Positions 15,035 through 25,176 of a DNA stretch of 64,000 nucleotides are shown in pieces. This DNA is from Paragordius varius. Its lineage: Eukaryota; Animalia; Nematomorpha. Under the pieces are notes generated by a model. The model did not search any database, was not told the DNA's origin, and saw only the letters and a list, made by a program, of their open reading frames with translations. Each line of letters begins with the position of its first letter. Position 1 is the stretch's first letter. Position numbers and translations under genes: made by a program. The stretch lies in assembly GCA_964247055.1 (NCBI GenBank), contig OZ176052.1:4278001-4342000 (forward strand). The letters are read 5' to 3'.

Positions 15035-16428
15035 TTAAGAATAGATAGTTTTTAAACATTTTCGAAAAAATATTTCACAAATTTTTTTATCATCGGCATT
15101 GTCCAAAGTTAATAGTTGAGATTTTAATCGATGAAAGATAGCGTGGGATATTTTAAATTTTCGACCTGTGTATTACAATATAATAAAATAATACCGTGTT
15201 TGCAAACAATAATATCGGTACATAGTAAAATTACTCGTATTTTATGTGTTGATGGCAGATTTTGATTAATCAGAAATATTATTAATAATTTGATTATATT
15301 TTTAATATCTTCCATGTTATGTTTAGCTATTATAATGAAAATTTGAGATTAATATTTTGATATAAACTTGAAATTAATATAGTTTTTTCGATGACACTTA
15401 TCATACAGGAAAACGAAGCCGTTGCTAAATTTATTGATTCATGCCATAAAATATCCGTTAATTTTATATTCTCATTGCAGGCTTCTTGATTTAAAAGGGA
15501 TGTAGTTGATATTTTTACAAATATTTTTTCCATAACTGTTATTAATTCTTTGCTAAAATATTGTGGTAATTTGATTGCTATAAAATATTTAATTTTATAC
15601 TATATTTATTGATAATGAGATGAAATAGTTGGAAGGATTCTGTTATGATATCCCAATAATCACTTTTCTTGATCATTTTCCACAAAGTGGTACATAATGT
15701 ATGCAATTTTAAACATTCAGTTATATCTAATTTTTATGAAGCTTTAAGTGCCTAATGTTAAAAGGATTTTTTTAAAGAAAACAATCTGTAAATGCCATAT
15801 ATAAGAAAAAGTCTCAATATTATCATCTTTTATGTCATTGTTACGCGTGTGCGTTTTGGCCAAAAACATTAAATGTTGTATACACAAAAAATAGATGTTA
15901 TTTTTAACAATGTATATACAGGAATCTCTAAATTTATATCCCATTTACTTGGATCTCTTAAATATATGTTTAGGAAATGTAGTATACTCCGAATCATTCG
16001 ATTGTCTGGGCAAGAAAACTGCTCTGTTAGAAACGGATTTATTTTGGGCAGAAAACCGGTTATCAAAATTTGTATTAAACCTAAAACATCACAGACCTTT
16101 AAACCAGATTTGTCTTCCTCCAATAAAGCGGATAAAGAGAATAAAAAAACACAATATGAATTGATATCATTCAATTTTAGCAGTATATCAAACATGTAGC
16201 ATATAATGTCATTTTCCAAAAACCAAATGGTTGATTGTTCTGTTAATAAAGTTGTTATTTGGTAAAATTTAACTTAATTCTGTACATAAGGATAGGATTC
16301 GGATTATTGACTCTTTCATTTTTTGTGGTTCTTCCACCAAATGTATCAAGTTATTGCATAACAAACAAATTTCTTCCATTTGAAAACGATTGTCGTCTGC
16401 TTTAATTATACTTTGATTTACATACCAT
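15035..16428 (-). CDS. ARM-repeat protein, TERB1 (CCDC79)-like, ~398 aa, with seven mini-introns
   Basis: Exons (minus): 16428-16422, 16399-16274, 16239-15949, 15925-15752, 15726-15601, 15577-15368, 15326-15195, 15165-15035 (1197 nt, all introns phase 1). Segments EICLLCNNLIHLVEEPQKMKESIIRILSLC..STIWFLE, FLFSLSALLEE, SYIW, PQYFSKELITVMEKIFVKI and KLLIIFLINQNLPSTHKIRVIL align in order with my recollection of the vertebrate TERB1 ARM domain (DLNLLLECLKYQMDNAFSQKEALVTIHSIC..ASVYFRE; LYTLGAIAEK; SYQLW; QKYFVSVGGLDVLSQVL; KLLALLLHESLDSGEK). The first exon is uncertain (alternative start ATG at 16379). A gene is well supported; orthology is less certain. Confidence 0.65.
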
Positions 16429-16660
16429 CTATTCGAAATAGATATTTAAATGTTTTATTTGTTGATATTCATCTTAGTCGTGAAGTTATTTTTGTACAAA
16501 CCTTTTTTGATGCTTATATCCAGCTAAAAATTATGCAAAAATACCTACTATTTTATAACACATATTTAATATTTATATAAAATAATTGGATATAAATGCA
16601 ATACAAACATTAATGGGGAATATTAAAATTGAGAGAATTACGCATTGTATTTATGAAATT

Positions 16661-16741
16661 TATTAAAAAAAATAGGCTGAAATGCGTACAAATATAAAAA
16701 ATATATATTTGTACGCATTTCAGCTTAATTTTTTTTTAATA
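16661..16741. other. Long hairpin / collapsed inverted repeat
   Basis: Perfect 21-bp arms GCTGAAATGCGTACAAATATA (16676-16696) and TATATTTGTACGCATTTCAGC (16704-16724) with a 7-nt loop; pairing extends imperfectly to ~80 nt. Confidence 0.75.
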
Positions 16742-17292
16742 ATCGACCCACAACTTAAGAGCAATACTCTAGAACAGGGGTTCTTAAACTATGGGTCGCG
16801 ACCTCATTTGGGGTCGCGTAACAAAATTATGGGGTCGCGAGTGATAAAAATTCAATTTAAGAAAAAATGTTTTTTAACTTGTAAAATTATTGTTATAAAA
16901 AAATAACAATTATGTATATATATATATATATATCATCTGGTTCCGAAAAATTGTTTATACCAGCATATCTCTTCCTATCATAGCTGATTCACATGTTTTA
17001 ATTAAGATTGAAGAAAAGATTGTCTTTGGGAACGTCTTTTGCGAAAAAACAATTATATTTGGTCTTCTAGTTTTAATTTGTCAATGCCCTCTGTAACAAG
17101 ATTAGTTTTCTTTTTATTCGGTAATTAATTATCTAATATAATCTGCAATATGTTATTTTTATATATTTATTTAAAATAAAAATAAATTTTGCCCATGAAT
17201 AAATGGCTGTTAAATAAGAATTGTAATGACGCAGATATTAATCCAACAAATTCTTCTCAGTATGACAATGTATTGGAAAAGAGACATCTAAT

Positions 17293-17493
17293 TTGCGAAA
17301 AAGAAAATATGATGATTCTTTTCTTCAATTCGGCTTCACATTTCAAAATTGTAATGGTAATGAACAACCTCTTTGTTTGATATGCAATAAATTATTGGCT
17401 TCGGAGAGTTTGACATCAAAATTAAGAAGACATTTTGAATCAAAGCATGTTTCGTATGTCAATAAACCTAAAGAATATTTTGAAAGACTGTAA
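17293..17493 (+). pseudogene. Buster/ZBED-type hAT transposase N-terminus (BED zinc finger), truncated
   Basis: RKRKYDDSFLQFGF...PLCLICNKLLASESL.SKLRRHFESKH is the CxxC...H...H BED finger signature of Buster/ZBED8-like transposases. Confidence 0.85.
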
Positions 17494-17700
17494 TCTTGGT
17501 GTAATGTTTGAAACTAGGTAAATCCTCTTCAACATATTTTATCGCTGAACAATATTGGGATTTAATGTTATTTAAAGCTGAGAAAGTAACTTCACAGAAA
17601 TATGTTGGTGTTGAATGGCAGAAGTACATTTTATGTCGGCGATTGATTCAGTCCTAGTTTAGATCCAGAATTCATTCAAGGGATTTTTTGGAATCGTAGT
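17484..17700 (-). pseudogene. hAT C-terminal dimerisation domain remnant, inverted relative to the BED exon
   Basis: The minus strand reads LNEFW...LLPF/PTYFCEVTFSALNNIKSQYCSAIKYVEEDL/VSNITPRL (with frameshifts), matching the hATC consensus LLPFxTTYLCExxFSxLxxIKxKYRxxL..EDDL..S.I.PR. Confidence 0.75.
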
Positions 17701-18032
17701 TAATGCGTTTAGAATAGAGACGACATATGAATTAATAACTCAAATTAAGTACATTTATTAACTGATTGCTCAGTGTTGGTATAGGTGTATTTATATATTT
17801 TAGCAAGGATAAATTACAATAATAAATTAGAATACTATTTGTATCAAATACAATGTCATATAAAATATCCATATATATAATAGTCATTAGATTACTTATT
17901 AAATACAATGTCGTATAATTTAACTTAAGGTTATAAAGTTGGCAACTATAATTAGAATACTTGTACATACAATGTCATATAAATTATATAATAAATAATA
18001 ATAATATAACTTAAGGTTATAACCAATTAACA
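17701..18032 (-). repeat. 3' LTR
   Basis: Direct repeat of 21847-22178 (offset 4146); starts TG and ends TA on the element strand. Confidence 0.95.
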
Positions 18033-18045
18033 TTATCTTCCCCCT
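18033..18045 (-). promoter_or_regulatory. Polypurine tract (PPT)
   Basis: AGGGGGAAGATAA on the element strand directly abuts the 3' LTR and overlaps the integrase stop codon. Confidence 0.85.
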
Positions 18046-21000
18046 ATAGTAAAGCGGTCTGGGGGTTTTCGCTGGCGTTGTGGGTACCTGGGTTTAGGCA
18101 TGTCTATATTCGTTGTTGGAGCTACGTTATTATCCTGTGTGGTTATGCCTATCGGCGATGGTTGTATATTATTGTTTATGGCTTCGAGATCTGGTGGAGT
18201 AGAGGTATTTTCTTCGGAATTAATTGGTGTTTCGGGCGCTGGCGTGGTTGTTCTCGGACATTCCATTCTTTTTTTTAATTGATCAGCGTGTTTTCTAAGA
18301 ACTCTGTCTGTTTCGTCTGTTACCATATATGATAATGGACCCCGGCGTTCTAATATTTCCCCTGCCCTCCATCCTTTTTCTATTTCATTTTTTATAAAAA
18401 CCTTCTCTCTTGGAACGAACTGGCGAGTCGGTTCTATTTCATTATCGATAAACTCAGTTGTTTGTGTTTTGAGCCATGACATCGGACCATTTGGGTGTCT
18501 CTTCAGAAAGACTTGTGATGGTGTATTCATAATGGCACTGTGTGTTGAATTTCGATAGCCATATAAAATCGTGTTGATTGCCTCGTGGGCATGCATTGTT
18601 TGCGTTTTCGTAGCTCTATATCTGAATTTGAGGGTTGCAATACATCTTTCAACCAATCCATTGGACTTGGGATGGTATGGACTCACTAAAATATGTTTTA
18701 TATTAAGATTATGTAAGGTACTTCTGAATTCATGGGATGTAAAGTATGGCCCATTATCAGTGACTATCTGTCTCGGAAAACCAAATCTGGCCATGTGTTT
18801 TTCTAAACAATTCAATAATTGTTGTGAGGTTATCGATTTGAGTAGATCCACCTCAACCCATCTTGAAGCGCTATCAATGGTAACTAACCAAAAATAACCA
18901 TCTATGGGGCCGGCTATGTCGATGTGAATTCTCTCCTACAACGCGGTGTTGAAATTCCATTTCCACGTTGGATTTTCCTTTATATTAGGCTTGTTTCTTT
19001 GACACGGTTCACATGTTTCTACAAAATTTTCTAAATCTTTTTCTAAGTTTGGCCAATATATGGATTGTCTTGCTTGTTGTTTCATCGATTGCGCTCCGTT
19101 ATGTCCAGTATGTAGGAATTTCATTACGTCCCGCTGCAAGGATGTGGGTATTAGTAATCTGTCATTTACAAATAAAAGATTATAGTATATTTGAATCTCA
19201 TTTTTTACTTTCAGAAATTCCTTTATACTTGGATCACTCCAATCATTTGTTCTTATTGCTGATTTAAGTTTGTTTGCCAATGGATCTAACCTTATCTCCT
19301 CCTCCACTAACTCTTTACTTAGATTAAATTTATTCATAGTTAAAAATTTTACCGTGTGTGATACCTCATCATCTTCATTTTGCACCTCCATGGTATTATC
19401 ATTATTTGGTAATCTGGATAGAGCGTCGGCTAAGTTGTTTTGCCCTTTTTTATATTCGATTTCATAGTCGTATCCCGATGTTTTATAGATCCATCTAAGA
19501 AGTTTAGCATTATTAATATTTTGTAAATTTCGAGTTCGACCAAATAACCCGATTAGTGGTTTGTGGTCGGTTATAATTTTGAATTTTCTACCATATATAA
19601 ATGGTTTAAATTTTTCTATAGCATACGTGATAGCTTTTGCTTCTTTCTCTATTGTTGAATAATTGGTTTCGGCATCGGTGCATTTGCGTGAAGCGTATGA
19701 TATGGGACGCTTTCCTTCCGGGGTAATATGTAGTAAGATCGCTCCAAATCCCTTGTTTGATGCGTCTGTTTCTATTAGTATTGGCCAATTTGGGTTATAC
19801 GGTATTAATGTATTGTAATTTATCATTAGTTGTTTTGCGGATTGGAACTCCTCTTCTTCTATCTCGGTCCAGGCCCATGGTCTAATTGAACCTGTGTTTC
19901 TGTGGAGGTTGCATATCGCTTGATGGAGATTTGGTATGAATCGTTCATGAAAGTTTAGCAGTCCTAAAAATGATCTTAGTTCTGTCTTATTGGTGGGTCT
20001 CGGACAATTGATCAAAGCTTGAATTTTGTCATTGGTGGGACGAATTCCATTCTTTGAAATTTCATATCCCATGTAATTGACAGATGAAACGGCAAGTTGC
20101 AATTTGTCTCTGCTCAGTTTCAACCCTGCAGCTTCCAATCGTTGCAATAACCTGGTCAATGTGGCGTCATGTTCGGTTCTTGTTTTACCCGATATTAATA
20201 TGTCATCTAAATAGATACATATACCTGGTATATCACCAATCAAATTATCCATGATTCGTTGAAATATATGAGGGGCCGTAGTCAACCGAAATGGAAGTCG
20301 TTGGTAACAATAAAAACCTTGATGGGTAGTTATGGTCAGTAGTGGTTGTGATGATTGTTTTATGGGAATTTGCAGGTAAGCATCCTTCAGGTCTAGTGAC
20401 GTAAAAACTGTCCCTTGAGCTGTTCTTGAGATTAGTTCATCAAAGGTGGGGATTACGTGGGAATCGGGTAGCAAATGAGGATTGAGGCTGATTCGAAAAT
20501 CCGCACATATCCTTATTTGGCCATTTGGTTTTAATATATTTACTGTTGGTGTGGCCCACGATATTCGCTCCCTATTTGGGTCAATTTTTCTCAAGATACC
20601 TAGGTTTATCAATCTATCTAGTTCCTTTTCCACACGTTCTTGGAGGGGTAGGGGAACTCTCCTGCAGGGGTATATTTTGGGTGTTGCATTATTTTTTATC
20701 GCAATCGATACCTCCATATCCTTAAGACAGCCTAACCCGTCCGAGAACAACCTATTATACTGGTTATATATAGATTTATTAGTTATATTATTGATCATCA
20801 CATTATCTGGTAAATTTAAAGCAAATGCACGGATCCAAGGGAGACCAAAAATTAATGGCCGATCTCCCTCGGTTACAAAACATTCAAGGGTTTTTGTCAT
20901 ACCGTTCATTGTTACGCGCAATTCGGTTTTACCCATGGTCGGGATAGTTTCATTATTGTATGTGGATAGTCTTTGTCCTACCTCCAGTCGTGGTTGTCCT

Positions 21001-21834
21001 GTTGATTTCCAGCATCTCTCATTGATAACTGTCACATCCGCACCGGTGTCAAACAACATTGATGTTTCTATTCCGTTAAATTGCACTGTTATCGTTGGGC
21101 CCATCCCCGTTGAATTTGTCACTGCCCGAATACCTGGTTTGGTGGGATATTTGGTTCGGCAATACTTTGCAAAATGGTTGTATTTTCCGCACTTATAGCA
21201 TCGTTGACCCTTTGCACTGCATTTATCGATTGCATGACATTTCCCACATCTTTGGCAGTCTCTTTGGTGTATGGTTCTTTCTTGGCGGATTTTCAGCACC
21301 TTCGGTTCAATCACTTCGAGGGAATGCGCCATATCAATTACCATTTGTAGTGACACTGGTTCGCCTTCATTTTGACCCGTGGGGAATCTTATATGTAATT
21401 CCCGTTCTAGGATTGGCATATTTAGTCCTATCAAGAAAACATCTCTTAATAAGTATGAGATATTGCCTTCATCACAATCGTCAGCTAGTACTTTTAATCT
21501 TTCCATATAACTCATGATTGGTTTCGCCTTCTTGTCTGGTTGTTTTAAAGAATTCTTTACGATTCAGCCATATGCTTTTGTCCGGGGCAAAGATTTGCAT
21601 TGCCAATTTTTGAATTTGAGCCCATGTTATCTCCTCTATTTTCGTAGAAAACGCTTGGTTTTCCAGTTTAGAGATTGTGCGTAGTCCTGCATAGGCCAGG
21701 AATAAGTTTTTTAATATTTCATCATTTGGATTAATGTTTTTAGCGATTAAGATACGATTCACGTGCTTTAAGTATTGTTTAAAATTAGTGTTTGGATCGT
21801 ATTCGTTAATACTGATTTTGGAAATTTCGTCCAT
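18033..21834 (-). pseudogene. Disrupted gag-pol polyprotein
   Basis: ATG at 21834. Motifs: CxxC zinc knuckles (CQRCGKCH, CYKCGKYNHFAKYC), protease LFDTGAD, RT YLDD, RNase H ETDASN/DALSR, integrase HTGH..CEPC, IHID, VTDNG, LVER. One +1 frameshift near 21515-21525 and an in-frame TAG at 18938-18936; total 3802 nt = 3n+1. Confidence 0.9.
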
Positions 21835-21836
21835 TA

Positions 21837-21845
21837 ACGGCACCA
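21837..21845 (-). promoter_or_regulatory. Primer-binding site, tRNA-His type
   Basis: TGGTGCCGT lies 1 nt after the 5' LTR and is complementary to the eukaryotic tRNA-His 3' end (...ACGGCA-CCA). Confidence 0.75.
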
Positions 21846-21846
21846 A

Positions 21847-22178
21847 TAATGCGTTTAGAATAGAGACGACATATGAATTAATAACTCAAATTAAGTACAT
21901 TTATTAACTGATTGCTCAGTGTTGGTATAGGTGTATTTATATATTTTAGCAAGGATAAATTACAATAATAAATTAGAATACTATTTGTATCAAATACAAT
22001 GTCATATAAAATATCCATATATATAATAGTCATTAGATTACTTATTAAATACAATGTCGTATAATTTAACTTAAGGTTATAAAGTTGGCAACTATAATTA
22101 GAATACTTGTACATACAATGTCATATAAATTATATAATAAATAATAATAATATAACTTAAGGTTATAACCAATTAACA
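21847..22178 (-). repeat. 5' LTR
   Basis: Identical to 17701-18032; followed by the PBS on the element strand. Confidence 0.95.
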
Positions 22179-22183
22179 GTAGT

Positions 22184-22650
22184 TTTACACAAAATCTTAG
22201 CAAATTCCTCTTGAGTTTTAAGTGGCAGATGATCACTCTTACTTAAGCCAATCCAAGGCTTTTGAATCCAAATAATTTAATAATATTTAATATAAAATAT
22301 GTCAGGAAATGTATTTCTAGCGCTTTTTAGTGATCTACAAAGTTTTTCAATATAAATTTTACAATCAATTTTCTTAATTACAAAATTGTAGACACCGGAA
22401 AACATTTCAAATGAATTTTTTTCAACTCTAATTTTCCGAATGCTGATCTTTTTGATAAAATTTGCAATTTTATCGCTTGAAGTATATATATGCATGTTTT
22501 TCCGTGAAATTACAAGTTGGGATCGTTTACTTCGCAAATATTTCCGACAACACTTGGATAGCCACAAGTCATTTTGAAAAAAAGCAGCAAATTCTCATTT
22601 TTACTCAGTTAATATTTCGATCTCGTCCTTCAATAACAATAATTATTTCG
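22184..22650 (-). pseudogene. hAT transposase mid/C-terminal remnant (inverted), continuous with 17484-17700 once the LTR element is removed
   Basis: The minus strand reads LKDEIEI..., FQNDLWLSK/LSEIFAK, KNMHIYTSSDKIANFIKKISI...RVEKNSFEMF, WIQKPW...LPLKTQEEF, all Buster-like motifs, with stops and frameshifts. Confidence 0.7.
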
Positions 22651-23159
22651 GTTTTAAGAGATGGACCAAAATATATGTATTAATAAATTTCTATAACATC
22701 TTCTGATTAGTAAATTTATATATTATAATAATCGGAATATTTGTGCAAATTTTAATTTATAATTTTTTAAGTTTCAAAACGAATTCTAAATTTATATATT
22801 TTTATGCACATGTATATTGTTTCTTAATAAATATATCACCAAAAAATATTAATTTATTTTTCTTTTATATTTATTGGGGTCGCCAAGAAATTTGGGATCA
22901 CAAATGGGGTCGCGACTCAGAAAAGTTTAAGAAGCCCTGCTCTAGAATACGCACTTATAATCAAAATTTAAAACCCTATATAAAACCTCCAACCCATTCC
23001 GGGCCTTTTAATACTTGGATCAATACATTTTAATTTATTGCATTTGCCTATCTATGCTGCCCAAACTTCGTATACATAATAAACTATAAAATATGCCAAT
23101 TTATTTTGTAGGTTTTATTATTGCGATGGTATTTTAAGCAAACATTTTATTTTAAAATT

Positions 23160-24063
23160 TTAATGTCGTCGGCGAGTGGTGCGTTCTATAGGATAGTATC
23201 CCCAACCTACAACAACTTTAGCTCTGGCTTCATCATCTTCATTCCCTGTCAATGGTCGAGTATATTGATTAGATTCGGGGCCTTTTGCTGATAAATACAT
23301 AATTACATAAATATTTATTCATTAAAATGCTTTTTTGTACTAATTGTTATTATTAAACACCTATTACCTTTTTTATAAAAAAATAACTTTTCAAGTTTTA
23401 TTATGCGATACTATTTGTTTTATAAGCATTTATTGGGCTTATATTTTTATCTTAAAATGAATAATTACAATCGTGTTTATAACCTATTATTTGTTTTATA
23501 TATAGCCTTAAATATTTATCCCCATCAATTATAATTATAGATGGTTCTGAATTTGAATATATGACTTTCTTTCGTAAGATAATTTGGGCGGACTATCATT
23601 ACAATATAGTCCATTGCACACATGCACTTAAATGCAACCGGTTAAAAATTTAAGTAATCGCATTCTTTTGCACAACTGTCAAAACTAGTTTATAAAAAGC
23701 TTAAATCACTAATTTCTGTGAGTATTTCAACCGCTTTCGATTACACCTTTTTTTATTTAACTTGAAGCTTCCAACCCACCCATTATACCGTTTATCAATG
23801 GTACTCACCAAAAAATTTTGAAGAGACAAATATAAAGTTTTTTTTCTCAAAGGCCGACCATATAATACAGACAAATATGGCCGTTAGAGTTAACGTTAAA
23901 AAATATTACATAATTCTGGATCATAAAAAGGACTTATAGAGCCGCGGTTTGACTACCACCGGTTTACATGTTTATGAATAAAATATTAAATACTTGGATA
24001 TGATGCTAATAAATTCAAGCCTAACAAGAAGAATATTGTCCAAAGGCACATTAAGAATTTCAT
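23160..24063 (-). CDS. Candidate small secreted peptide (~65 aa), two exons, absent from the ORF track
   Basis: Exon 1 24063-23994 encodes MKFLMCLWTIFFLLGLNLLASYP (signal-peptide-like) and ends at a phase-1 GT. Exon 2 23287-23160 follows a TTTATCAG acceptor in matching phase and encodes (T)KGPESNQYTRPLTGNEDDEARAKVVVGWGYYPIERTTRRRH*; it is GC-richer than its flanks. Confidence 0.5.
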
Positions 24064-24402
24064 GGATAATTTAATTAAATCAAATAAATTATATTAATTA
24101 TAACAATATACATATTTTAGGCACCACATATGGTATGTTAGGCATCGCATGACTTCAAAAATAGGATGTAAATGCCAACATCATTTAATTATAACATTAA
24201 AACTCTTTTTTTTTCAATTTTGTCAATGGGACATTATGTTAATTTAATGTGACCAGATATTTTGAACTTTGACGCAGTACAAAATTAAAACATATTTTGC
24301 TTTACAACATCGGAGTGGTATATTACACAGTCACAAAATATCCCGATGAAATATATATATTCTGATAAGAAAATATCAAAATTATCATTTTGGTTTTAAC
24401 CT

Positions 24403-25160
24403 TTACCAGTTATCAAAGTAAGTTATATAGGTAGGGTCTCCAATAATTAGCTTTAATACAATCAAAGTTCTTTTTAGTTTATTCAAAGGGTTTAACAGTA
24501 TATTGTTCGCATTTAGGTCAGTATCTTTGATTCTAAATATATCAGGGATAACTACAAGAAATGTCGGACCATCTTTGATGAACGACATGACAGGATGTAT
24601 GTAGTAATATTTTGGCTGTTTGGCCTCTAAATGTTCTTCCTCATGAAAAACTACAAACGATGATCTAAAAGTTTTTGACAACACCATTGTCAAGTTTACA
24701 ACATCAGGAACAACGTTACTTTGGTCAAATCAGAAGCAATTTCTATATTATACTTATCAATTATTCCTATCAGTATTTTGTTATGGAAAATTCTGAGCTC
24801 CATTTCTTTGTCATACAAACTATATGTTGGACATGAGTAATTGATAATAGGATAATACTCTACTTATAAGGCTTGAATTCCTCAGTGGTGTTTGGCGGTG
24901 GTAAATCAATATATTGAGCATTTGGTAATTCAAAAGCACGACCCCAGGAATTAGGAATTTTTTTTCGTTGGATTTATTACTTCATCCGAGCTATTGTAAA
25001 CAAAATAAGGTAAGCCAATATCCTGAAAAGAGTAAGACACTTGTTCGCTCTAGCGTCCCTGTCCACACAGGACGACCTTTATTCAAGGAGATATGCTTCA
25101 TTCTTGAGAGCTTTATACGCAATTAAACGTATAAATTAAACGCTTTTTCTACGGGTGCAA
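24403..25160 (-). pseudogene. Unidentified decayed coding sequence carried inside the hAT element
   Basis: About 125-130 stop-free codons (KILIGIIDKYNIEIASDL...IGDPTYITYFDNW) in very AT-rich DNA, preceded by frameshifted stretches (SYSFQDIGLPYFVYNSSDEVINP / IPNSWGRAFELPNAQYIDLPPP). No family recognised. Confidence 0.45.
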
Positions 25161-25176
25161 CTTCGTCTGATATAAC

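Larger units (their letters stand above)
17701..22178 (-). mobile_element. Ty3/gypsy LTR retrotransposon (Mag-like, single gag-pol ORF), recently inserted
   Basis: Two 332-bp LTRs (17701-18032, 21847-22178) identical by eye; 5-bp TSD GTAGT (17696-17700, 22179-22183); PBS, PPT and PR-RT-RH-IN domain order present. Confidence 0.96.
16775..22939 (+). mobile_element. Non-autonomous hAT (Buster-type) DNA transposon, internally deleted and rearranged, hosting an LTR insertion
   Basis: 16-bp TIRs CAGGGGTTCTTAAACT / AGTTTAAGAAGCCCTG (1 mismatch); perfect 8-bp TSD CTCTAGAA (16767-16774 and 22940-22947) with central TA typical of Buster; subterminal GGGGTCGC repeats at both ends; transposase remnants inside. 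Confidence 0.93.

Noticed and set aside
19013-21517. Plus-strand ORFs over gag-pol (e.g. 20482-21198), and over XKR (49514, 51216)
   Set aside because: Antisense shadows of real coding sequence.
21505-21530. Programmed gag-pol frameshift, or TAG readthrough at 18938
   Set aside because: The shift falls inside the gag capsid-like region rather than at the gag/pol boundary, and the TAG replaces a conserved Trp of the integrase. Both look like mutations or sequence errors.
17732-22114. Identical 78-aa ORFs at 17732-17968 and 21878-22114
   Set aside because: Chance ORFs in the two LTR copies.
23093-23653. Plus-strand two-exon gene (MPIYFV + DGSEFEYMTFFRKIIWADY...)
   Set aside because: It would overlap the better-supported minus-strand peptide exon, has weak splice logic and no recognisable product.
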